Source of the DNA: an uncultured Chloroflexia bacterium
GTDB taxonomy: Bacteria > Chloroflexota > Anaerolineae > CG2-30-64-16
Assembly (NCBI GenBank): GCA_963774265.1
Contig: CAVZDU010000003.1
Span: 64,001-128,000 of the forward strand
Direction: 5' to 3'
Length of the DNA stretch: 64,000 bases
The notes beneath the pieces are model-generated. The model was not told the origin of the DNA, did no database searches, and saw nothing but the letters and a program-made list of their open reading frames with translations. Below, piece after piece: positions 30,163 through 41,085 of this stretch (positions within the stretch are counted from its first letter, which is position 1; the number at the start of each line of letters is the position of its first letter). A program made the translations under genes and the position numbers.

Positions 30163-31253
30163 AAGAGTCTCAACTGGGCGACCACATCGAGCCGCCCTCA
30201 CAGTCCGCAGCCTTCAACCTGACCTGCCCCATCCCCATCAGCGAATACCCCACCGTCACACTTGCGCACGGTGGCGGCGGACGTCTGACACAGATGCTCA
30301 TCGAGCGAATGTTCCTGCCCGCGCTCCGGAATGACCAGTTGGAGGTCATGCACGACGGCGCGATTCTCAAGGTGGACGCATCGCGCCTGGCGTTCAGCAC
30401 CGATTCGTTCGTGATCAGCCCTCGCTTTTTCCCGGGCGGCGACATCGGTTCGCTGGCGGTCCACGGCACGGTCAACGATCTGGCGATGTGCGGCGCGCAG
30501 CCGTTGGTGCTCTCGGCGGCGTTTATCCTCGAAGAGGGGCTGCCGATGGGCGAGTTGTGGCGGATCATCACCTCGCTGGCTGAGGCAGCGAGAGCAGTGG
30601 GCGTACCTGTGGCGACGGGAGACACGAAGGTGGTGGACCGCGGCAAGGGCGATGGGATCTACATCAACACGACAGGAATTGGGGTCATCCCTGACGGCGT
30701 GCATATTTCACCCTTGCGCGCAGCGCCGGGGGATGTGGTCATCGTCAGCGGTCGCATCGCGGAGCATGGCATGGCGATCATGTCGGTGCGCGAGGGGCTG
30801 GCATTTGAGACGGAGTTAGTCAGCGACTCCGCGCCCCTCAACATGCTCGTTGCGGAGGTGCTCAACGCGGGAGGCGAGCACGTCCATGTCTTGCGAGATC
30901 CGACGCGCGGCGGGGTTTCCAGCGCGCTAAACGAGATCGCACAATCGGCAAGGGTGGGCATCCGCCTGCAAGAAACGTGCATCCCCCTGGGGGACGCGGT
31001 GCGCGGCGCCTGTGAGATCCTGGGACTCGATCCGCTCTACGTGGCGAACGAGGGTAAGGCGATCGTGATCGTCGGGCGGCCTGCAGCCGAGTCCGTTCTC
31101 GCCGCGATGCGGACGCATCCCCTGGGCCGGGATGCTGTCGTCATCGGCGAGGTGGTGGCGGACCATCCGAGGCGGGTGGTGATGCGCTCGCGGATCGGGG
31201 GTCAGCGGATCGTGGAGATGCTGAGCGGGGAGCAGTTACCGCGGATTTGCTGA
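30159..31253 (+). CDS. hypE: HypE
   Basis: [23 protein letters not shown]-terminal LPRIC. Confidence 0.96.
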   Translation: MKESQLGDHIEPPSQSAAFNLTCPIPISEYPTVTLAHGGGGRLTQMLIERMFLPALRNDQLEVMHDGAILKVDASRLAFSTDSFVISPRFFPGGDIGSLAVHGTVNDLAMCGAQPLVLSAAFILEEGLPMGELWRIITSLAEAARAVGVPVATGDTKVVDRGKGDGIYINTTGIGVIPDGVHISPLRAAPGDVVIVSGRIAEHGMAIMSVREGLAFETELVSDSAPLNMLVAEVLNAGGEHVHVLRDPTRGGVSSALNEIAQSARVGIRLQETCIPLGDAVRGACEILGLDPLYVANEGKAIVIVGRPAAESVLAAMRTHPLGRDAVVIGEVVADHPRRVVMRSRIGGQRIVEMLSGEQLPRIC

Positions 31254-31375
31254 GCGCGAGCCGCGATCCTTTTTTCTCGTATTGGGATTCCCTGATTCGC
31301 CTGTGGAGTACTTCCTCTGGGCGAGGCACCTGAGCTGCGCTCCGCAGCGCAGGTGCGCGTCGCCCTCAGACATCG

Positions 31376-32068
31376 CTACTTGCTCGCGTTCTGATACCCG
31401 AACGAGCGCACGAACTCGACCGCAGCCCAACGATCTTCCGCGCTCAGGCGGTCCTGGTGGGCCGGCATGATGCCCTTACCCGCGCTCACCGACTGGTAGT
31501 ATTGCTGCGCCGGATGCAGCGCGATGAAGTCCGCCGTGAACTTCGCCGCCTGCGGAATGGCGCCCTGACCGTTCGCGCCGTGGCAGTTCACACACCCGGC
31601 GGTCTCATACACTGTCTTTCCCTGGGTGAGCTGGCTGGCCGGCACCGCAAAACTCCACAAGAAGTATGTGGTGTTCCAGCGCTTATCGTCCGATAGCTCG
31701 TCCTTGAACGCCGGCATCTTCCCCTTGCCATTTGTCACCACCGCGAAGAAGTCGACCGGCGCGGCGGCCCGCAGGTAGTCCACATCTGTGAAATCGCGCG
31801 AACCTTCCACCTTGCCTTTGCCGTCTTCTCCGTGGCAGCCGGCGCATTTCTCAGCGAAAATGGCCTGACCATCCGCTGCAACAGGGGCCGTCTTAGGCAG
31901 GACTACCCCAGGCTGAGGCGTGTTCTGGGCGCCCGGGGCGGGCATCGTGGCCGGGATCAACGTCGGGATCGGCGTGGGCGCGTTGGGCAGCGGCGCTGGG
32001 GTGTTGCAAGCGGCCAGGGCCAGGCCCAGCACGATCACGCAGAGGGACAGCAGGATTCTAGGTTTCAT
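31376..32068 (-). CDS. Di-heme cytochrome c lipoprotein
   Basis: Lipobox LAAC, Pro-rich linker, CAGCH and CVNCH, two MPA motifs. Confidence 0.88.
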   Translation of the reverse strand: MKPRILLSLCVIVLGLALAACNTPAPLPNAPTPIPTLIPATMPAPGAQNTPQPGVVLPKTAPVAADGQAIFAEKCAGCHGEDGKGKVEGSRDFTDVDYLRAAAPVDFFAVVTNGKGKMPAFKDELSDDKRWNTTYFLWSFAVPASQLTQGKTVYETAGCVNCHGANGQGAIPQAAKFTADFIALHPAQQYYQSVSAGKGIMPAHQDRLSAEDRWAAVEFVRSFGYQNASK

Positions 32069-32094
32069 AGTGGCTCCTCTTCGATCAGCCAGGA

Positions 32095-32616
32095 TCACTG
32101 GCTCAATGTCCGTACGTAATTCACAACGTCCCAACGTTCCCGCACATTCAGGTTTTCCCGCAGGGGAGGCATCGTGCCGAAACCTTGCGAGATCGTGATG
32201 TAGAGCGAGCTGTCGGACATGGTTGTCATGCGCGCCTCGGTCAGGTTCGCGGGCCGGCCCATCTCGGCTTTCCAGAACTCCGTGATCTTCCCGTCGCCCA
32301 AGCCACCCACGCCATGACACAACGTGCAGTTGCGCTCGAACAGGATACGGCCTCGCTCCAGGGATACTGGATCCGCAGGCACCGGATTCTGCAGTAGTCC
32401 GCCCTTAGGCTCGCTCGGTCCATCGAAACGCACCGAGTCGACCGGCGCGGCCTTGCGCGGCCCCTGCTGATACTCGATCGCGATCTGGTCTTCCATGTTG
32501 CTGGCCCAGTTGATTTTGATGATGTCATAGGCGAACAGCAGGCCCAGCATCAGCGGCGCCGCCACGATCACGAACGTCATGATGACCCGGCGCAGATAAC
32601 CAGAAGGTGGGATCAT
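32095..32616 (-). CDS. actE: ACIII monoheme cytochrome c subunit (ActE-like)
   Basis: N-terminal TM, NPVPA, CTLCHG, MPP..ERWDVVNYVR; position after actD. Confidence 0.8.
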   Translation of the reverse strand: MIPPSGYLRRVIMTFVIVAAPLMLGLLFAYDIIKINWASNMEDQIAIEYQQGPRKAAPVDSVRFDGPSEPKGGLLQNPVPADPVSLERGRILFERNCTLCHGVGGLGDGKITEFWKAEMGRPANLTEARMTTMSDSSLYITISQGFGTMPPLRENLNVRERWDVVNYVRTLSQ

Positions 32617-33140
32617 AGCGGCCTCCGCTCCGGTTCGTAGATGCGCTCAGCGCCCTTGTCGGCCATCACCCGGCGCACGTCTTCCTCGTACCGCATGTCT
32701 ATGTTCGCCATGATCGCGATACGGCCTTCGTTGATGATCGGGTCGTAGAGCTGCGGCTTGGTGGACGGGAACCCGCACTTCCACACGAAGTTCAGGAACG
32801 TGCCCAGGATCAGCCCCAGCATTGTCATCTCGTACAACGGGATGACCGACGTTGGGATCGATGTGAGCGGCCGGCCGCCGACCCGGATTGCGTAGAAAAA
32901 CCACTGTGTGCCGTATGTCAGAAAGAAGCCGACGCCGAAGCCGATCAGCGCGCCGAGGATGCTGGCCCACGGGATCCGCTCATGGATGTGAGGCCGGCCC
33001 AACATCTTGGCCGAGTGCGGCACCCCTTGCGAGACCTGGATATCTTCTTCGCGGAGGCCCAGCAGTCGCAGCCCGTCGATCGCGTCGGCCGCTTTGAGCA
33101 CGTCGGTGTAGAGGCCCGTAAGCACTATTCTGCGTGGCAT
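32613..33140 (-). CDS. actD: ACIII subunit ActD (DUF3341)
   Basis: Two TMs, VGGRP, YEMTML; follows NrfD-type gene. Confidence 0.82.
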   Translation of the reverse strand: MPRRIVLTGLYTDVLKAADAIDGLRLLGLREEDIQVSQGVPHSAKMLGRPHIHERIPWASILGALIGFGVGFFLTYGTQWFFYAIRVGGRPLTSIPTSVIPLYEMTMLGLILGTFLNFVWKCGFPSTKPQLYDPIINEGRIAIMANIDMRYEEDVRRVMADKGAERIYEPERRPL

Positions 33141-33149
33141 GCTCCCCTC

Positions 33150-34579
33150 CTACTCCAGTTCCGCGACCGAGGTCACGACGGTCTTGCCGATGCGGCGCCG
33201 GGTGTGGCTGAGTTGTCCTTCCAGCACCTCCCACACCGGGATCAGCGGGATCACCCGGCTGGCCAGGACGTACAGCAGACAGAACAAGGCCAGCGTGCCG
33301 ATCACGATGCTGATCTCCGGCAGCCGGGGGTTGTACTCGCCCCAGTCAAACGGCAGTCGCTGTCGTTGCAGGAAGCCAGGGACGATGATGAAGCGTTCCA
33401 GATACATGCCGACTTGAACGCCCATCGCGATCAGGAACAGCGCTGTGGGCGACTGCCGGATCTTCTTGCTCCACAGCGTCACCCAGGGGATCACGATGTT
33501 GAAGAACAGCATCGTGTACCAAAGCGGTGCGATCGGGCCGCGCGCCTGGAAAGTCAGCAATTGGTGCCCCACCCATTCGCCGCCGTACCACTCTATCAGG
33601 TAGTCGTTGAAGAAGAAGTAGGTCCAGGCGAACGAGAAGATCAGCACCAGCTTCGCCAAGGCCTCGAAGTGCTCTTTGCGCAGGAAGTACTGCAGGTTCA
33701 TCGTCTTGCGCACCACCAGGAGCACGGTGATCACCGCGGAGACGCCTGAGAAGATGGCGCCGACCACGAAGTAGGGACCGAAGATGCTGGTGTGCCACCC
33801 CACTTGCTTCGCCATCGCGAAGTCCCACGACACGATCGTGTGCACCGAGAACATGATCGGGATGATCGCGAAGGCGAAGATGTTGATCGTCTTGTGCAGG
33901 TAGTGCCACTCGTACTCCAGCCCACGCCAGCCCAGCGATGCCAGCTTGTACAGCACGTGCCGCCATCCCTTGGTTCGGTCACGCGCCATCGCCAGGTCTG
34001 GGATCATCGGCAGGTACACGTAGATCGTGCTGCTGATCAGGTAGGTCGTGATGGCCAGCAGATCCCACGCCAGCGGCGACTGAAAGTTGGCCCACAGGTA
34101 GCGCTGGTTGGGGATTGGCACCATGAAGTACACGGTCCAGACCCGGCCCAGATGGATGAGCGGGTACAGGAAGCCGGCGACAAGAGAGAACGAAGTCATC
34201 AGCTCCGCGGCACGGGTGATCGGCCGGCGATACTCGGCGTTGAACACCCGCAGGATGGCCGACACGAACGTGCCGCAGTGGCTGATGCCGATCCAGAACA
34301 CGAAGGTGGCGATGAAGATGCCCCAGCCCACCGGTCGGCGGATGCCGGCGATGCCCATGCCCCAGCGCATCATGTAGATCCAGTAGCCGACCAGCCCGAC
34401 GAGCACGACAAGCGCCAGCAAGGCCACGATCAGCCAGTAGCCCGGCCCGGCCTTCATCATCGGCCGCAGCATGATCTGGTTCATCTCTTCCTGCGGGATC
34501 GGGTCCAGCAGGAGCCGCTCTTTGGGGTCATCCTGTGCGGCCAGACGAAATTGCGCAATCTGGAGAGGTCACCCAGCAT
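33150..34579 (-). CDS. actC: ACIII NrfD/PsrC-family membrane subunit ActC (5' indel likely)
   Basis: WGIFIATFVFWIGISHCGT, RAAELMT, HLGRVW, SPLAWD, SVHTIVSWDF. Confidence 0.9.
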
Positions 34580-35285
34580 GGGACTCGCCTCCCTTCAAGT
34601 AGACAACGGACGGGTCAGTGCCCAGGTCCTCCAACACTCGGAAGCCGCGCCGGCTGCGCGCCAGTTCAGCCACCTCGCTGGTCTCATCGCTGCGGTCGCC
34701 GAAGGTAAAGACCTTCGTAGGGCACGCCTGGACGCACGCAGGGACAACGTCGCCGTCGTGGAGCGGCCGGCCCTCGGCGTTGGCGGTGTCCTCGCCGCGC
34801 TTGATGCGCTGGATGCAGAACGTGCACTTCTCCATGACGCCGCGGTAGCGGACCGTCACGTCCGGATTGAGTTGCTGTTCCAGCGGCTCCGGGGTGTAGG
34901 GGTCGAACCAGTTGAACATCCGGACGCTGTAGGGGCAGTTGTTCGCGCAGTAGCGGGTGCCGATGCAGCGATTGTAGACCTGGATGTTCAGGTTCTCTAC
35001 GTCGCTGTGGTACGAGGCGAACACCGGGCAGACCGGCTCGCACGGCGCATGGCCGCACTGCTGGCACATGATGGGGATGAAGCGGGCTTTGATGTCCGGG
35101 TACTCGCCGTCCCAGTAGCGTTCGATGCGGATCCAGTGCCGCGACCGGCCCATGTTGACTTCTTCCGGGCCAACGGTCGGCACGTTGTTCTCGGCGTGAC
35201 AGGCGACCACGCAAGCCTGGCACCCCGTGCAATGGTCCAGGTCGACGACCATGGTCCACTTGTGGCCCGTCGTTGTTTCGCTCAT
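34569..35285 (-). CDS. ACIII FeS subunit ActB2 (NrfC/DmsB-like)
   Basis: CTGCQACVVAC, CQQCGHAPCEPVCP, CIGTRYCANNCPY, EKCTFC. Confidence 0.92.
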   Translation of the reverse strand: MSETTTGHKWTMVVDLDHCTGCQACVVACHAENNVPTVGPEEVNMGRSRHWIRIERYWDGEYPDIKARFIPIMCQQCGHAPCEPVCPVFASYHSDVENLNIQVYNRCIGTRYCANNCPYSVRMFNWFDPYTPEPLEQQLNPDVTVRYRGVMEKCTFCIQRIKRGEDTANAEGRPLHDGDVVPACVQACPTKVFTFGDRSDETSEVAELARSRRGFRVLEDLGTDPSVVYLKGGESHAG

Positions 35286-35297
35286 GGCTCGCTCCTC

Positions 35298-37562
35298 CTA
35301 CCCTGGAAATACGCCGGATTCGTTCGCCGCGTCCACGCCCACGTTGTTCTCGATCCGCGGCAGCTTGCGGCTGCGGCCGAGCTTCTCGATGCGTACACGG
35401 GTCGCGCCCCAGGCGAGCTCACCATCTGGCGTGGTGACCGGGGCCAAAATGGCCGCAACGTTTGCGCCGTGGTCCCTGGCGAACCGGCCATATTCGATAT
35501 GGCCCTGCCCCAAGGGGACTGCGACCACGTCGGGCCGGATGGCGGGATAGACATAGGCAATAACTGAGATTTCGCCGTAGGGCGAGATCACCTTCACCAC
35601 GTCATCCATGGCGATGCCCAGGCCCTTGGCTGTTTCCGGGTTGATTTCCACCCACGTTTCCCATGAGGCGGTTGTCATTGGGTCGGGCGCCTCTTGCAGC
35701 CATGAGGATGCCGCCCCACGGCCATCGCCCAACGTCACCGAAGGGTAGGGATATAGCAGCAACGGGTACTGCTCAGGGTTGCCGTCGTAAGTCGCCGGGG
35801 TGATCGTCAGCGTCGCGGGCAGCGCAGGGGCGGTATTCGGGAAGATTGGCGCCTCGGCATTTGGCCACCAGCCGCCAAGCTGCCGCCAGCCCGCCCAAAT
35901 TGTATCTCCGTTGGCCGTGTCGAACGCGGCGTCTTGTCCGCCTAGCTTCGCCACGGCAGCCTTGAGAAATTCGACGTTGTTGGGCCAGGGTAGGGCCGTC
36001 GCGGCCGCGCCCCCGACCGCCTGAGCAACGGCCAGGATTACGTCCGCGGTTGCGCGCGTGTCGTACAAGGGCGTCACGACGGGCTGCTGAGCCGAAAGCA
36101 TGGGCCGGTCGGTCGCCGGTGCGACGAACTGGTAGCCCCAACCCTCCAGGAAGTGATGATCCGGAAGGACCATATTGGCCAGGAGGGCCGTCTCATCGAC
36201 CTCCGAGCTGAAGGAGACCACGAACGGCACCTTGGCGGCTGCCTCGACGAAATTGCTGTTGAGAGGCAGATCGAAACGTGGATTGCCGTGCACCATAAGG
36301 ACGTCGACTTCGCCGCCCTGCATGCGGTCGATCAGCGCCTGGACATCCGAGTAGGCCGCCGCGCTCGTGCCGCCCAGCAGCGGATCCACGGCCGGCGGTG
36401 TCAGGGTGAACGCACTGCCCGCCTCTCCCAGGTGCCCGGCCAGCGCGTTGAGCGCCAGGATGGCGGTTACGGCCTGCGGGCCGTTGCTCTGCGCCGCGAC
36501 GCTGCCGCCGGGGATGGCGGTGGGGCGGACGACGCTGCCGAATGTCCGGGCCAGTTTGACGAGACGATCTTCCGAGACGCCGCTAAGCGAAGCCGCGGCC
36601 GCGACGTCCACGCCGGCAAAGACGCCGGCGACCGGGCTGGTCGCTGCAGCACCGAGCCCTTCATCGACCATAATGCGGCCGATGGCCAGCGCCACCTGGC
36701 CTTCCGTGCCGGGCAGGATGGGGATCCATTCGTCGGCCACTGCGCCCGATGCAGACATGCGCGGCTCGAACTGTACGAGGTAGCCGCGCTTGCCCAGCCG
36801 GCCTCCGCGCATCTCGCCGAAGGAGCGGCTGGCTGCAACCATCGACAGCCCACCGTCGACCAGGGGGCCACCGAAGGAGAAGACTACATCGCTCGTAGAG
36901 AGGTGGAAGAAGGGCAGCGCCGTCTCCGTCCCGAAGTACTGGCCTACCAATCGTGAGAGCGTGCCGCGGCCGGCATATGCGCCCTCGTTGTCGTAAAAGA
37001 CGGGAGGGGGTGCGCCGAGGGCCTGGAGGAACGGCGTCACGATCGCGGCCAGTCCGTCATTGATGTGACTGCCATAGAATGCGACTGCGCCGGGCCGGGC
37101 AGAGGTGATGCGAGTGGAAAGCTCGCGAATCGCATCCTCCCACTGGATGGCCGTCGCTTTCAGCCCGTAGCGCTGACCGAACGGATCGATTGAGCCGCCG
37201 CCCGAGCCGCGCGCCTCATTTCGCACCGCATTGCGCAGCCGGTCCGGGTTGTAGAGGTACTGCAGGCCAGCCTGTCCGCGGGCGCACGTCTTGCCGGCAT
37301 TGAGCGGATGCAGCGGGTTCCCCTCGATTTTCTTCGCGCGACCGTTGCTGACCCGCACGAGGATGCCACAACCGGCGGAGCACATCCGACATGTCGTCGC
37401 ATACCAGATGTTCTCACCGGGCAGCGCCTCCTCGGGCGGAATGACATAAGGCTCGATCGTCTCGCTGCGCTGCAGGTTGATCGTGCAGCCGCTCACCGCC
37501 ACCGCCGTACCGGTCAACGCGCCAAGCTGGATGAATTGTCTCCGGGTGATCTCTTTGATCAT
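35298..37562 (-). CDS. ACIII molybdopterin-oxidoreductase-like subunit ActB1 (Tat lipoprotein)
   Basis: ITRRQFIQ..VSGC; CRMCSAGC..KIEGNPLHP..CARGQ; WLQEAPDPMT. Confidence 0.88.
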   Translation of the reverse strand: MIKEITRRQFIQLGALTGTAVAVSGCTINLQRSETIEPYVIPPEEALPGENIWYATTCRMCSAGCGILVRVSNGRAKKIEGNPLHPLNAGKTCARGQAGLQYLYNPDRLRNAVRNEARGSGGGSIDPFGQRYGLKATAIQWEDAIRELSTRITSARPGAVAFYGSHINDGLAAIVTPFLQALGAPPPVFYDNEGAYAGRGTLSRLVGQYFGTETALPFFHLSTSDVVFSFGGPLVDGGLSMVAASRSFGEMRGGRLGKRGYLVQFEPRMSASGAVADEWIPILPGTEGQVALAIGRIMVDEGLGAAATSPVAGVFAGVDVAAAASLSGVSEDRLVKLARTFGSVVRPTAIPGGSVAAQSNGPQAVTAILALNALAGHLGEAGSAFTLTPPAVDPLLGGTSAAAYSDVQALIDRMQGGEVDVLMVHGNPRFDLPLNSNFVEAAAKVPFVVSFSSEVDETALLANMVLPDHHFLEGWGYQFVAPATDRPMLSAQQPVVTPLYDTRATADVILAVAQAVGGAAATALPWPNNVEFLKAAVAKLGGQDAAFDTANGDTIWAGWRQLGGWWPNAEAPIFPNTAPALPATLTITPATYDGNPEQYPLLLYPYPSVTLGDGRGAASSWLQEAPDPMTTASWETWVEINPETAKGLGIAMDDVVKVISPYGEISVIAYVYPAIRPDVVAVPLGQGHIEYGRFARDHGANVAAILAPVTTPDGELAWGATRVRIEKLGRSRKLPRIENNVGVDAANESGVFPG

Positions 37563-37573
37563 AGCGTTACCCT

Positions 37574-38131
37574 TTAGTAGTGGCACGTGGCACAGTCGAC
37601 CAGCCGGGTCGAGATTTCCGCTGGCTGTTGTCGGTGGCAGCCAAGGCACCAGCCCATGTTGTGGTTATAGCTCGTGGCGTAGTCCATTTGTGATACGTTG
37701 CCATGACACGTCTCGCACGCCACTGCAGCAGCCACATGAGGGCGGTGCCTGAACTGCACGAAGTCGGGTTGGTCGTTCACCTTAACCCATTCGATAGGGC
37801 GCTTCTCATCCCAGTACTTGATGAGCTGATCGATATCCTTTTGGTCGGCCGGATCCTTGGGATTGACGTTCAGGTGGCAGCCCATGCATTTGTTGAGCGA
37901 GGGCAGACCGGCGACCGCGCCTCGAGCAGCTCCCGCATGACAGTAGAGGCAGGTGGCCCCTGCTGCGATGTGCTGCCTGTGCCGATAGACGAGCGGTTGC
38001 TCTGGCGCCGCGTAGACCTTCGAGAGGAAGAACACGCCGCCGACCACAACCACTCCCAGGAGCACCAGGGCGGCGGCAAGGGCGATGGCCACGCGCGGAT
38101 GCTGCCGGATCAGTGATAAGATCATATGCAC
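37574..38131 (-). CDS. actA: ACIII pentaheme cytochrome c ActA
   Basis: N-terminal TM; CLYCH, CMGCH, CETCH, MGWCLGCH, CATCHY. Confidence 0.92.
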   Translation of the reverse strand: MHMILSLIRQHPRVAIALAAALVLLGVVVVGGVFFLSKVYAAPEQPLVYRHRQHIAAGATCLYCHAGAARGAVAGLPSLNKCMGCHLNVNPKDPADQKDIDQLIKYWDEKRPIEWVKVNDQPDFVQFRHRPHVAAAVACETCHGNVSQMDYATSYNHNMGWCLGCHRQQPAEISTRLVDCATCHY

Positions 38132-38372
38132 GCTCCAGTCTGTGCCGACGAGACACAGTGCATGATTAAAACCTTACAAGTACAGAGCAAAGCTAAGGGA
38201 GCAGGGTATGGGATACTACTCTCTCCTTTCGCTATGAGGCGTGCTCGATCTAGCACCTCGAGCCGGGACAGCCTCGTGAACGTTGAGGAAACGCAAGCCG
38301 ATTATACATGACTCTTCAACTAAGCAAAAACGCCCGCGGCGCGGCAGGCCCCCAACTAGTGATGTGGTCGTG

Positions 38373-38955
38373 CTATTTTTGTGCTGCTGCGCGCTCACCC
38401 GAGCGCACATACCACATCGCGCCGAACACGACCAGGATCGCCAGGAACGGGATGCCCACCAGGATCACGGTCGTGAAACTTCGCTTCGGTGTCACCCGTT
38501 GGACGAATGTTACCTCGCTCACCCCCGCCGCGCCGGTCACCCGCACGACACCGTCCCAGGTCCCTTCCTGCGCCAGGGGGATGTGCGCGGCATAGTCGAT
38601 CTCGTTGCCCGCATCCGCGTGCGTCGCGCTCTGCTTGACCGACTGGCCGGTCTGGGTGAGTGCCAGCTCCACCTCGACCTGCCGCGTCGCGCACCTTGGC
38701 GCCTGTCTGCACGTCGCTCACGCGCACCACGAAGGTGATCGGGCCGACCACCGCGGGATTGGGCGCGGATGTGACGAGCAAGCGGTAGTCGCCGATTACT
38801 TCGTCGCCGACGATGATGCGCGTGCCGCCGCCCGGGCCAAGATTCTCCGCCGCCGCGGCGCGGGCTCCCAGGATGATCAGGAGCAGCACCAGGAGCCCCG
38901 CTACGATCCAGCGCCAGGGAGCACCTGCAATTTCGCGCGGGCTTTTCGGCATCAT
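38373..38955 (-). CDS. YtkA/FixH-like Ig-fold membrane protein (indels near 38680-38700)
   Basis: Signal/TM, SAPNPAVVG, EGTWDGVV, C-terminal TM across two ORFs. Confidence 0.55.
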
Positions 38956-38959
38956 GCGG

Positions 38960-40522
38960 CTATCCTCCTGTGACCATCATCATCGTGCCGCGCATTTCCA
39001 TCGGCTGCACGAGGATCCAGAGCCCGAACCCCAGCAACAACAGCGTCAGTAGTAGCCACGGTCCCGCAGCCGCCAAAGCCGCGTTCGGCCCCCTGCGCGT
39101 CCCGGTTTGACGGCGGGTATCGGCCAGGTGGCTCTGCGCAATGCGAACGGCCACCACGATGGACCCCGTCGCGCCCAGGTAAAGCAGCGCGGCTTCGATG
39201 GGAAAAAGCCAGCCTTGCGGCACGAGCGGCCCCAGGTCCCAGCGCGCCTGGCCGCCGTACAGGCCGACATCGGCCAGGAACGACTGGATCACGGGCACGA
39301 TCGTCAGCGCGCCGGTGAGGAAGTGAAACGCATAATGCGCGAGCCACATGCCGAAGCCCATCGGGGCAAGCGCCCAGACGTACCGCCGCGCGATCTCAAG
39401 GAGGGAGGCCGACGGGGCGGACTGGATGCGGGTCAGCGCGGACGCTGCGCCAAGCAGGACGACGGGCAGAACCAGCAGGCCGATGGCGAAAATGAGCAGC
39501 AGCCCGGGGGTGGGTGATGCGGTGCGAAGCAGCCGCGCGAGACCCTCCTGGAGCGCGTAGACGGGCCGGATCATCGCGAACGCGTTGAGGTATGCGCCGA
39601 AGGTCAGGACGGTGACAAGCGCTGCGAGATCGGTCCGCTGCGAGAAGCGGCCGATGCCCGAGCGCCAGGGGTCGCTCCAAAGCTCCGCCGTGGGGATTCG
39701 TGCGATCAAGCCGATGTTGTCATAAGGGCAGGCATGGACGCAGTCGAGGCAGAAGGTGCAGTCCATGTTGCCGACCTTGCGCTCCTGGAAGAGGGCAAGC
39801 TCGCAGCCGCGGCCATCCCGCCCTCTCTTCGTTTGTAGAGACGTTGCATGCAACGTCTCTACACGTATAGGCGCATGCAATGCCTCCGCTCGTGCTGGGC
39901 CGGGTCTTACCGTGATGCAGTCCTTCGTGCGACAGCTCGCGCACGTGCTCGCATCCCGGACCTTGATCTCAAGCGGTGAAGCCAGTGAGCCGAAGAAGTT
40001 GAACTGGCCCAGCGGGCAAATGTGCTTGCAGAATGCCGCGCCTTGGAAAACCGTGTCGACGAGGAGGGCGCCCGCGAAGTACGCGAGCGCGACCCAGGCC
40101 GTCCACCAGGGCGTCGCCCACAGGTCGTATCGCTCGTACACGAAGAAGAACAGGACCACCAGCGTGACGGCGCTCCACTTGTTTCGCAGGGCACGCGGGA
40201 CCGGGCGGCCGCCGCGGAGCAGATGCTCGCGCACCCACCGTCCGGCTCGCCGCGGCAGCATGAACGGGCAGGCCATACAAAAGAGGTTGCCCGCCAGGAG
40301 CAGCGCCAGGACGACAAAGCCGCGGTAGTGCAGCCAGACGCCGACGGTTGCCAGGTTCTTGGGCGCGAGTTGCGGGCCCACCATGCCGTCAAAGATGATC
40401 CACGCTGAGAACAGCCCCAGTGGAATCTGCATGGCGAGCCGGCTGTGCCGCCACTTAAGAAACGGGCCAATAGCCGGCCAGGTGAGAATATCGATGGATC
40501 GGCGGACTGTCGTCGAAACCAT
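38960..40522 (-). CDS. Polytopic 4Fe-4S membrane protein (FixG/NapH/YccM-like)
   Basis: FCMACPF, FCKHICPLG, CASCRTKDC, CTFCLDCVHACP; many TMs. Confidence 0.82.
   Translation of the reverse strand: MVSTTVRRSIDILTWPAIGPFLKWRHSRLAMQIPLGLFSAWIIFDGMVGPQLAPKNLATVGVWLHYRGFVVLALLLAGNLFCMACPFMLPRRAGRWVREHLLRGGRPVPRALRNKWSAVTLVVLFFFVYERYDLWATPWWTAWVALAYFAGALLVDTVFQGAAFCKHICPLGQFNFFGSLASPLEIKVRDASTCASCRTKDCITVRPGPARAEALHAPIRVETLHATSLQTKRGRDGRGCELALFQERKVGNMDCTFCLDCVHACPYDNIGLIARIPTAELWSDPWRSGIGRFSQRTDLAALVTVLTFGAYLNAFAMIRPVYALQEGLARLLRTASPTPGLLLIFAIGLLVLPVVLLGAASALTRIQSAPSASLLEIARRYVWALAPMGFGMWLAHYAFHFLTGALTIVPVIQSFLADVGLYGGQARWDLGPLVPQGWLFPIEAALLYLGATGSIVVAVRIAQSHLADTRRQTGTRRGPNAALAAAGPWLLLTLLLLGFGLWILVQPMEMRGTMMMVTGG
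39834..39863. repeat. Perfect 30-bp palindrome (REP-like) inside the FixG-like gene
   Basis: tGTAGAGACGTTGCA|TGCAACGTCTCTACa. Confidence 0.92.
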
Positions 40523-40603
40523 GAAAGTGCACCTAACCACAAAAGCGCGAAAAGACGAAGCTATACGATGTTCGGTGAGGCCTGGTGTCTTGGTGGTTCC
40601 TGT

Positions 40604-41035
40604 CTACTTCACATCCACCGGGAAGCGGCGCGCGATGGTCTGGCCGCCAGCCGTGATGATCTTCACATCCACGTACCAGGCGCCGCCCATGGTCCATTTC
40701 AGCGGCAGGCGGTACATACCGGCCTGGCTGCCTGACGCCTCCGCGTTCACGGGGACCATCCCCGCGTGGTTCATATTCGCCTCGATGGAGAGACGCGCTC
40801 CGTCGACAGGTTGGCCCGCCTTATCCTTCACGGTGATGATGACGGTTCCGTCGCCGGTCAGGGGTTGGGCGGGCTCGGTGGCAAAGGTCACCTGGTAGTC
40901 ATCCTGCGTCTGAGGCGAAGCGGATTGGCTTCGCCCACATCCGCCGAGCAGAACCAGTCCCACGATAGCCATGCCGGCCAAGAAGAACGCCCTGCGCGAC
41001 CGGTCGCGCAGGGAGTTGTGAGAAAACCGGGTCAC
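40604..41035 (-). CDS. YtkA/FixH-family lipoprotein (putative Cu chaperone)
   Basis: Lipobox LGGC; MNHAGM; MGGAW. Confidence 0.8.
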   Translation of the reverse strand: MTRFSHNSLRDRSRRAFFLAGMAIVGLVLLGGCGRSQSASPQTQDDYQVTFATEPAQPLTGDGTVIITVKDKAGQPVDGARLSIEANMNHAGMVPVNAEASGSQAGMYRLPLKWTMGGAWYVDVKIITAGGQTIARRFPVDVK

Positions 41036-41085
41036 TGCGCCTGGGGCATCCTTGCGTTCCCAGAACATGCCGCACCTCGCTGATT

